IMG/VR virus record: IMGVR_UViG_3300011338_000890
Location: 1-24,068 of that record
From: a virus
Taxonomy: Duplodnaviria; Caudoviricetes
Length of the DNA: 24,068 nucleotides
Strand: one strand, 5' to 3'
The position numbers were made by a program, and so were the translations under genes. Positions 16,324-22,535 of this stretch are shown piece by piece. The number at the start of each line of letters is the position of its first letter. The first letter of the stretch is position 1. Under the pieces are notes generated by a model. The model was not told where the DNA came from. It searched no databases and saw nothing but the letters and a program-made list of their open reading frames with translations.

Positions 16324-16965
16324 ATGGTTGAGAAGAAGAAGCCGGGGCCAGCGCCCCGCGTCAAACGTGGGATGGTCGTGGACCCAGCGCCCCTTTTGAA
16401 ATCGCAGGCCGAACTCGAGCTCGAAGAAGAGTTTGGCCGGGAGATCACTGTCAGACAGCGCAAGTTCTGCGAAGAGTACGTTGAGGGCCGCATGACGGCG
16501 ACCGAATGCGCCCGGCAGGCAGGATACAACGTAGGGTCGGCGGGCGAGATAGCTTCGAAGCTTCTGAACGGTCGCGACTTCCCGCACATCCCCCGGTACA
16601 TCTCTCAGCTCCGCGAGGAGAAGGAACGGCTGTACGGTGTCACACTGTCTGGACAGCTTGAGAGGCTCTACAAGCTGTCGCGTTCTGCGGAGGACGGTGG
16701 GCAGTTCTCTGCCGCCATCAACGCGGAGAAGATCAGGTCTGCGCTCGGCGGCCTGACGGTTGACCGCCGCGAGAATATCAACACCATCGACCAGATGACG
16801 CGGGACCAGATCACCGCCCGTCTGTCCGAGCTTCAACAAAAATACCCGCAGGCGTTCATCATCGACGCAGAATACACGGAGGTGCCCAGTGGCAGGACCA
16901 GAGGCAAGGGTGTGGGCAAATATGCGGAAATCACTGCCGCCAAGGTGCCACGCGACGCGGATTGA
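16324..16965 (+). CDS. terS: Terminase small subunit
   Basis: ITVRQRKFCEEYV...TATECARQAGY...ASKLL HTH pattern followed by FSAAINAEKIRS; AGGTG RBS. Confidence 0.85.
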   Translation: MVEKKKPGPAPRVKRGMVVDPAPLLKSQAELELEEEFGREITVRQRKFCEEYVEGRMTATECARQAGYNVGSAGEIASKLLNGRDFPHIPRYISQLREEKERLYGVTLSGQLERLYKLSRSAEDGGQFSAAINAEKIRSALGGLTVDRRENINTIDQMTRDQITARLSELQQKYPQAFIIDAEYTEVPSGRTRGKGVGKYAEITAAKVPRDAD

Positions 16966-17350
16966 AAACCGCCATGGCGGCGGCATCCCCGATGTGCACA
17001 TTGCCATCGACGGAGTGAGCTTCTGGGTCGAACTAAAGGCCAATAACAACACGGTTCCAACTTTGCGTCCTCAACAGGCGGCTTGGCATGCCAGACAGGC
17101 TTCGTGTGGCGGCCTGTCATACGTGCTCTGCGGCTTTGCGCACCCACCATACCTGAAAATCTGGAGGGCCTCTGTGCCTTCTAATATGAGCTCTGCGGGC
17201 ATGCTCTGCGTCCCAGCGCTGATCGAGTCCGACAGCATGGCCGATGCCCTGCGGCTTCTCTTCGCCGACGCCCTGCGGCTGAACGCTGAACGAAGCTCTG
17301 CGGCTTTGCGCTTGGCGGGGGGCGAAAGGGAAAAGACCCCCGACACCTGA
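16889..17350 (+). CDS. Holliday junction resolvase / VRR-NUC-like PD-(D/E)XK nuclease
   Basis: PE...RIEN...GIPDV...FWVELK...LRPQQAAW motifs; GGAGG RBS. Confidence 0.85.
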   Translation: MAGPEARVWANMRKSLPPRCHATRIENRHGGGIPDVHIAIDGVSFWVELKANNNTVPTLRPQQAAWHARQASCGGLSYVLCGFAHPPYLKIWRASVPSNMSSAGMLCVPALIESDSMADALRLLFADALRLNAERSSAALRLAGGEREKTPDT

Positions 17351-17362
17351 CGGTATCGGGGG
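17331..17362 (-). terminator. Intrinsic terminator for the 17414-18136 gene
   Basis: Minus strand CCCCGATACC-GTCA-GGTGTCGGGG followed by TCTTTTCCCTTTC. Confidence 0.6.
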
Positions 17363-17413
17363 CAAGTTGGCCGCACCCGGGCGATTGGGTCATGTCGGGT
17401 GCGGCGTGGCAAA

Positions 17414-18136
17414 TTAGTGTTCTACAATGGCCACGGATTTAGGCGAGCGCGTCGCAAGGCCTGCGCAAAGCTTGCAAGCTTCGCACGTTGTCCGCCGCCC
17501 GGCTTCTTTGCTGGCAGGGCATAGCACTTCGCGCGCCGTGTCGATCTCCGCAAGGTCCTGAACGACGCGAAAGGTGCGGGCCCCGGCGTCCCAAAAGGCC
17601 TTGGCCTGCTCATAGGTGTCTGCGCTTTGCATCGCCATTTCGGGGCGATATCCCGCTTGGTGGCTGTATGCTGTCCATCCCGCCGCGCCGCTCAATAGCT
17701 CATCCCATACGCCGCCCGGCACGGCCCCGGGATCGCCGTATGTACCAACGCGCACCATCCGGCCCCGCCCGATCTCTGCCGCGCTTTGGCGCACGTAAAG
17801 CCCCCGCAAGTAAGCTTTCCAAATGGACAAAACACCTTGCCCCAAGACGACATAGCAGGTTCTGCCCTTGGCCTGCTTTGCGGCCGGGTCCGATGTCGGC
17901 GCGCCACGATGCGGGCAGGTTCCGCAGATTGCCGCGTCTGCCCCGGTTTTGCTGGCTGTCAACGGGTCCATGTCATCCCGCAAGATATAGGTTTGTACCA
18001 TTGTCCCGGTTTTTTTGTTCCGCTTGGAATATGTCGCAAGAACCACGATTGGCGAGCCGTCAATCAATGACGGCCCTTGATATATGATGCCCGATGAACT
18101 TTGTTTCACCGCCCGCTTAGTCTGACCCTTTTTCAT
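17414..18136 (-). CDS. Cys-rich conserved phage protein (gp88/DUF7227-like, possible metal/Fe-S enzyme)
   Basis: NKKTG, CGTCPH, CYV, VRVGTYGDP, YSHQ, CPAS...CEACKLC motifs; AAGGAG RBS. Confidence 0.65.
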   Translation of the reverse strand: MKKGQTKRAVKQSSSGIIYQGPSLIDGSPIVVLATYSKRNKKTGTMVQTYILRDDMDPLTASKTGADAAICGTCPHRGAPTSDPAAKQAKGRTCYVVLGQGVLSIWKAYLRGLYVRQSAAEIGRGRMVRVGTYGDPGAVPGGVWDELLSGAAGWTAYSHQAGYRPEMAMQSADTYEQAKAFWDAGARTFRVVQDLAEIDTAREVLCPASKEAGRRTTCEACKLCAGLATRSPKSVAIVEH

Positions 18137-18198
18137 TTCGCCGTTCTCCTTTTACCATGGTCCGAGGTCCGCGCCCCGGTATCCAAAAACAGTATCAG

Positions 18199-18219
18199 AC
18201 TTGTTGAAAAGAAACAAGT
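18199..18219. promoter_or_regulatory. Operator copy 5 (ACTTGT-N9-ACAAGT)
   Basis: Perfect consensus palindrome ~60 bp upstream of the minus-strand start at 18136. Confidence 0.65.
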
Positions 18220-18430
18220 AAAAAGCGCAACGATCAAGGGGCCCCGGTCCGCGTAACCCCCAAATAGTGCAGCGGTCCGGGGCCTTGCGGCTCTGCGCCC
18301 TTGCGCGCGGCTTTAGGAATTGAACAATGCTCTGCGGCTCTGCGGCCCCGCGCGGCTTTTCCGCGTCCGAGGCCCGAGGAACGAGGGCCGAGGACAGCGG
18401 GCCTCGTGCGCTAGCGAGAGGACCGCTGAT

Positions 18431-18498
18431 CGCTTGCGAGCGACCAGCGAGCTCCATGTTTCTTGAACAACCGCTTGCGAGCGACCAGCGAGCTCCAT
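18431..18498. repeat. 27 bp perfect direct repeat x2 (CGCTTGCGAGCGACCAGCGAGCTCCAT), 14 bp spacer
   Basis: Copies at 18431-18457 and 18472-18498. Confidence 0.9.
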
Positions 18499-18538
18499 TT
18501 GAAAGGGGAAAGAGCGATCCGGTTGCCCGGACCGCTCT
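18498..18538 (-). terminator. Intrinsic terminator of early cassette
   Basis: Minus strand AGAGCGGTCCGG-GCAA-CCGGATCGCTCT followed by TTCCCCTTTC, right after the stop at 18542. Confidence 0.7.
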
Positions 18539-18541
18539 GCC

Positions 18542-18745
18542 TTAGAAGCTTTCGCCTGTTTCCTCGCCCCACTGGCTGCGGGGTGCGAGTTGTTGCCCGG
18601 CCCCGTTGTACTCGGTTCCGCATTCGCATTCGTTTGACCATCCATCGTAGAGGGCCATCTCGTGTCCGCAGTGGCAGACTAGGTACTTGAATTTGCGCAT
18701 CCTGCCGCCCCATTCCTCTTCGACGTTTCCGATAACCTTGCCCAT
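18542..18745 (-). CDS. Small zinc-ribbon protein
   Basis: CHCG...CECG..YN..GQQLAPRSQWGEETGE; GGAGG RBS. Confidence 0.7.
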   Translation of the reverse strand: MGKVIGNVEEEWGGRMRKFKYLVCHCGHEMALYDGWSNECECGTEYNGAGQQLAPRSQWGEETGESF

Positions 18746-18746
18746 G

Positions 18747-18974
18747 TTAGTCTTCCTCCCAGTAGTCGTCACTCCCGTCGATCTCGCGGGCCATGCGCTC
18801 GTAGATGGCATTCTCCCGCTCGGCCGAGTCGCTCGGGTCCTCGAGTTGGACGCAGCGCGATTCGGGGAACTGCTCTTGCACGTGGTCCCATGCTTCGGCG
18901 CGGCTGGATGCGTGGAACGTGTGGCCGAACTCGCAGCCTGTCTCGTCCAGCATGACGGCGTGATATTGTGTCAT
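18747..18974 (-). CDS. Small acidic hypothetical protein
   Basis: MTQYHAVMLDETGCEFG...; start lies inside the 62 bp repeat with AGGAG RBS. Confidence 0.75.
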   Translation of the reverse strand: MTQYHAVMLDETGCEFGHTFHASSRAEAWDHVQEQFPESRCVQLEDPSDSAERENAIYERMAREIDGSDDYWEED

Positions 18975-19030
18975 TGTGTGCTCCTGTTGTGTGGGTGGGG
19001 CGACGTTGCCGCCGCCCCTGTTGATGTTAG
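18969..19030 (-). repeat. 62 bp intergenic module, copy A (stop-hairpin-RBS-ATG)
   Basis: 58/62 identical to 19866-19927. Confidence 0.9.
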
Positions 19031-19326
19031 GCGAGGATGGTGAGGTTGAGCGTGAAGCCCTTCCTGCCATGGGCCTCGATCCATTCGGGGGTGCCTGCGA
19101 CGAGCCTGCCGTAGAGCAGAATCTCCTTGGCGTAGGTGTCGCCCATCTCGAACTCGCCGTAGGTCATCGGTGACTTGGCAGCCACCATCCAGCGGGCGTA
19201 TTGGTCCTTGGCCTCGTTCTCCGGGTTCTTGTAGGTCTTGAGGACCCGCCACTCCCAGTCGTTCGGGCCTTGGTAGATGGCGTAGGGCATGTCGGTCTTG
19301 CGCGATTTTGCGAAGGGATTAGGCAT
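19027..19326 (-). CDS. Conserved-looking phage hypothetical protein
   Basis: MPNPFAKSR...PYAIY...WEWRVLKTY...YARWMVAAKSPMTYGEFEMGDTY; AAGGAG RBS. Confidence 0.75.
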   Translation of the reverse strand: MPNPFAKSRKTDMPYAIYQGPNDWEWRVLKTYKNPENEAKDQYARWMVAAKSPMTYGEFEMGDTYAKEILLYGRLVAGTPEWIEAHGRKGFTLNLTILA

Positions 19327-19534
19327 TGGGTGTCTCCTTGAGTTTGTTAAGATCGTCGATTGCGAGTTGGTATTGACCGCGTTTGTACTTCCGCCCGGTC
19401 AGTTCGGATGCCTTTGCCAGCATCTGGATGCCGCTGTACCTGCTGTGCTTGAGCCCCTTCTGCATGACCCTGAGGTGCATGGTGAGGAAGATGGCTTGGA
19501 CCAAGGGACTTGCAGGGTCTGTGATCGTTGTCAT
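19319..19534 (-). CDS. Small basic hypothetical protein
   Basis: MTTITDP...GLKHSR...ASELTGRKYKRGQY; GGAGG RBS after a hairpin. Confidence 0.7.
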   Translation of the reverse strand: MTTITDPASPLVQAIFLTMHLRVMQKGLKHSRYSGIQMLAKASELTGRKYKRGQYQLAIDDLNKLKETPNA

Positions 19535-19583
19535 GGTAGTCCTCCGAGATGGGCCGGGGACATCGCTGCCCCCGGCGGTGGTG

Positions 19584-19871
19584 TTAGAAAACGATGTCGT
19601 CGCCGTCTGCGATACACTCGATCCGCGGTAGGTTGCGTATCCAGTGTGAGTAGTGCGAGTACTTTTCCGAGAAGCTGATCGGTCCGACATGCGCCTCGTA
19701 TGACCGGATGAAGATCGGTGCGTCGCAGTCCTCCTCGAGGTAGACGACCCCGACCTTCTGGTAGCTGAAGGCGCTGAAGTCGTTGGGGGTGAGCCTTGCC
19801 TTGAGCAGCTCGGCCACGGGGACCTCGAGCCAGCCGTGTGATGGGTCGGTGTGGAAGATGAAGTTTGTCAT
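19584..19871 (-). CDS. Phage early protein of the DPxHGW...YLEEDCD type
   Basis: HTDPSHGWLEV and YLEEDCDA motifs; ends DGDDIVF. Confidence 0.75.
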   Translation of the reverse strand: MTNFIFHTDPSHGWLEVPVAELLKARLTPNDFSAFSYQKVGVVYLEEDCDAPIFIRSYEAHVGPISFSEKYSHYSHWIRNLPRIECIADGDDIVF

Positions 19872-19927
19872 TGTGTGCTCCTGTTGTGTGAGTGGGGCGA
19901 CGCTGCCGCCGCCCCGATTGATGTTAG
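19866..19927 (-). repeat. 62 bp intergenic module, copy B
   Basis: 58/62 identical to 18969-19030. Confidence 0.9.
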
Positions 19928-20334
19928 ACGATAGCGTGGTGCTCAAGAGCGTTGGTCGCGAGACGCTTCATCATGTCCGTCAGCGGGTTGATGAAGTGCT
20001 GGTCCATCCCGAGGTCCTTGGCGCGGTCCATGACCCGGCCAAGCATCAGCATGAACTCCTCGTGCTCGAGCTCGGCTTTGGACTTGAGGCCCTCGATGTA
20101 GACGTGAGCTTCAGCCAGCAGCTCGTCCACCGTGGTCTTGTCCTCTCCGTAGAAGGACTTGTAGGTGTAGGTCGAGTCGTCCCGAACCTTGAAGCTGACG
20201 TCAAGGCACATTTTCCGCCAGTCCTTGGTCGAGACCGAGAACATCACCTCGGGGTCCATGAACTCCCGGGTCTTGAGGCGCGACTGGACGGCCTTGATTG
20301 CGATGTGCAGGTCGGTTGCGTTGGTGTTCGTCAT
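19924..20334 (-). CDS. Hypothetical protein, first gene of early cassette
   Basis: ATG 20334 with AAAGGA upstream; 136 aa. Confidence 0.7.
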   Translation of the reverse strand: MTNTNATDLHIAIKAVQSRLKTREFMDPEVMFSVSTKDWRKMCLDVSFKVRDDSTYTYKSFYGEDKTTVDELLAEAHVYIEGLKSKAELEHEEFMLMLGRVMDRAKDLGMDQHFINPLTDMMKRLATNALEHHAIV

Positions 20335-20359
20335 TTGCCATTTCCTTTTGTTGTGACAT

Positions 20360-21000
20360 CGCGCAGATGAATCCCGTGCGATGTCCCCGGTTGTCCTCAA
20401 TTAACCTCGCACCGAGGAGCTTGCGACGAGGGAATAGTCAAGGAAGGACGAGCGCCCGGAGCCACGCGCAAGTCGCCCGCAGCTGCACAAAGGAGGCGGA
20501 CAGAGGTCAGCCGATGCGAAGCGGAGGATGACCGACAGACGACGACTGCGGAAGCGAGGACGACGAGCATGGCGAGGACGCACGGCGTTCCGGCCCCCGA
20601 CCGACGAAGGAGGGAGCGGGGTTGACAATGCAGGTGAATTGGGGGCCTCCCGGAGGGACACTCCGCACGGGGGTTCATATGTGTGTGTAGAAGAACGGTA
20701 GCGAGGCGATCACCTGCCGCGCGCCTGAGCATAGCGAGGGCACAGCGCGCGGTGATATGGCCGAGCGGGCGCATGACATCCGCTGCGAGGAACGAGCGCG
20801 CGGGAGTAGGAACGACCCCCGCGCCCCACGTATCAGCGCACTGACGCGTCTCGCCGATGACTGATGAAGCGTAGACCGGGCAACGCCCGGGCCGTGGAAT
20901 CAGGCATCGACGACGACGTGGCAAGCGATAAGGCGCAACAGGGTGCAAGGCGCGAGGCGCTACGACGACTCGCGACGCAGCATACGACGCTCTGTCCATG
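20360..21000 (+). other. Highly structured non-coding region (nested fold-back rod plus hairpin series)
   Basis: Concentric inverted repeats centred on GCGAAGC (20516-20522), further hairpins up to ~20975, and no credible CDS. Confidence 0.6.
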
Positions 21001-21216
21001 GTCCCCAGCCCAGCCCGTCAGGGGTAACTGGACCCAAAGTCCACCAGAATCCGCTCGATGCGGATGAGGGGGGACCCCCTTTTTGGGGGCGGGTCGCTCC
21101 GGTCGGCCGTTAATTATTGGTTTCCCAGATTCATTCGTTCCTAAATCCATTGGCCAAGAACCAAGCACCCCCACCCCAAGTACCCCACAAAAAATATACA
21201 AACTAATTTCATTTGG

Positions 21217-21237
21217 ACTTGTTGACAAAGCACAACC
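21217..21237 (+). promoter_or_regulatory. Operator copy 6 (ACTTGT-N9-ACAACC) overlapping a perfect TTGACA
   Basis: TTGACA at 21222-21227, ~60 bp upstream of ATG 21290. Confidence 0.6.
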
Positions 21238-21289
21238 AACCAAGTACCAAGGTCCGAGCAACAAGAACCGCGAACCGAGGACCTATCCT

Positions 21290-21634
21290 ATGCCCCTGTT
21301 TCTTAAAAACCCCGTGCTTGTAGAGGCCGTGCAGTTTGAGAAGGTGGAGTACACGGACTCCGGGCACTACAGCATTCACTTTGATACGACGGAGACTCTG
21401 CCAAAGTGGTTGCGGGACGCAATTCTTGACGAGAACATCACCCCTGCGGGAGAGCTTCTTCTCGTAGAAACTTTGCATGAGGGAGGACTCACCTCGCAAA
21501 TGAGGGCGTCACCGGGTGATTGGATCATTCGCAGCCCGGCGGGAGAGCTGTACGTCTGCTCGAACAGTGTTTTTGTCCTGATCTACGATCCTGCGGACGA
21601 GCAGGGCATCGAGGTTGAAGGCGTAGCCGTATAG
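21290..21634 (+). CDS. Conserved phage protein (KxPVxVEAVQ...PGDWII...GELY.C type, PGDYG-like)
   Basis: Motif pattern; GAGGA RBS before ATG 21290. Confidence 0.7.
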   Translation: MPLFLKNPVLVEAVQFEKVEYTDSGHYSIHFDTTETLPKWLRDAILDENITPAGELLLVETLHEGGLTSQMRASPGDWIIRSPAGELYVCSNSVFVLIYDPADEQGIEVEGVAV

Positions 21635-21643
21635 GAGGAAACT

Positions 21644-21931
21644 ATGGCACTCAGGTTCAAGGAAGATTCGGATTTCTTTGCCCACAACAAGACGGCCAAT
21701 GACACGGCGTCGAGCGAATTGGCAGACATGCTCGAGAAGATCGAGTCAGCTCGGTTGTCCAAGGCGGATGCCGCGAAGGACGAGAGCGACATATACGTTC
21801 TGGCAAAGTCCAAGGGCTACAACGTCAAGGCCCTCAAGCGGCTTGTCCGGGAGCGTAGCCGCAACGCGGACGAGTTACGCGAGGAAGAGGACGCTTTGAC
21901 GCTATACAAGCAGTTTGTCGGCATGATATGA
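21644..21931 (+). CDS. gapR: GapR/DUF2312 family nucleoid-associated DNA-binding protein
   Basis: LEKIE...DIYVLAKSKGYNVKALKRLVRER...EEEDALTLYKQFVGM pattern; AGGAGG RBS. Confidence 0.85.
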   Translation: MALRFKEDSDFFAHNKTANDTASSELADMLEKIESARLSKADAAKDESDIYVLAKSKGYNVKALKRLVRERSRNADELREEEDALTLYKQFVGMI

Positions 21932-21937
21932 TTTTTA

Positions 21938-22030
21938 AGTCCCGTCTCCTCCCGGGCTAGCTTCCGTTATGGTCTCCCTCCGAGTACGTTGAAGCCGGAA
22001 AGGTCTGCCGCTGTCACGGCAGGCTTTTTT
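21938..22030 (+). ncRNA. Candidate cuckoo-like sRNA with anti-SD loops plus terminator
   Basis: Two hairpins displaying TCTCCTCCC (21945-21953) and TCTCCCTCC (21973-21981), followed by a terminator. Confidence 0.45.
22003..22030 (+). terminator. Intrinsic terminator
   Basis: GTCTGCCG-CTGTCA-CGGCAGGC followed by TTTTTT. Confidence 0.75.
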
Positions 22031-22104
22031 GGTTTTTGCAAGCCTTTGGTTTGTCGTATTTTTATGGTAGGGTCTCCGCGGTATAGGGCTGGTCGGGGAT
22101 TTTC

Positions 22105-22485
22105 ATGGCGGCATCGGAAGGCGTTGCGCGGGCCGGGGAATTCCTTGCCGCATCGATCCTCGAGGCCCGAGGAGCGCGGGCCTCGCACGTAACGATCTAT
22201 GGCACGGACTTGTGGGTCGAGACGCCCAGCGGCCGGATGCTACGGATTCAGGTCAAAACCTCGTCCAAGCCTGCCCCGCCTGCGCCGTCGCGGGAACCCG
22301 TGTATCGGTTCCTCCGGACGCGGACGACAAATTTGCACTCCCAGCCGGATTTGTACTTGCTTGTTGCGCTGGACAGGCAGCGCCTGCTGGTCAGGGACCA
22401 GATCACCGTCGGGGGGATCAAGATTGCGGCCCGGTACTTCACGGCCGAGGACCAAGAGGCGGGGATCAAGAAGTACCTGTATTAG
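22105..22485 (+). CDS. PD-(D/E)XK endonuclease-like protein
   Basis: RAGEFLAASIL...TDLWVE...RIQVKT...DLYLLVALD motif set. Confidence 0.75.
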   Translation: MAASEGVARAGEFLAASILEARGARASHVTIYGTDLWVETPSGRMLRIQVKTSSKPAPPAPSREPVYRFLRTRTTNLHSQPDLYLLVALDRQRLLVRDQITVGGIKIAARYFTAEDQEAGIKKYLY

Positions 22486-22535
22486 GCGGTGGGAGTTTGG
22501 TATTGTTCCGGGGACCACGGACCTTGGAGCTTGGC

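Noticed and set aside
18431-18498. Possible mini CRISPR array
   Set aside because: Only two repeats, a 14 bp spacer and no cas genes; kept as a plain repeat.
20397-20999. 200 aa minus-strand ORF and other ORFs across the structured region
   Set aside because: Arg/Ala/Pro-rich, atypical codon pattern and no RBS; better explained as non-coding structured DNA.
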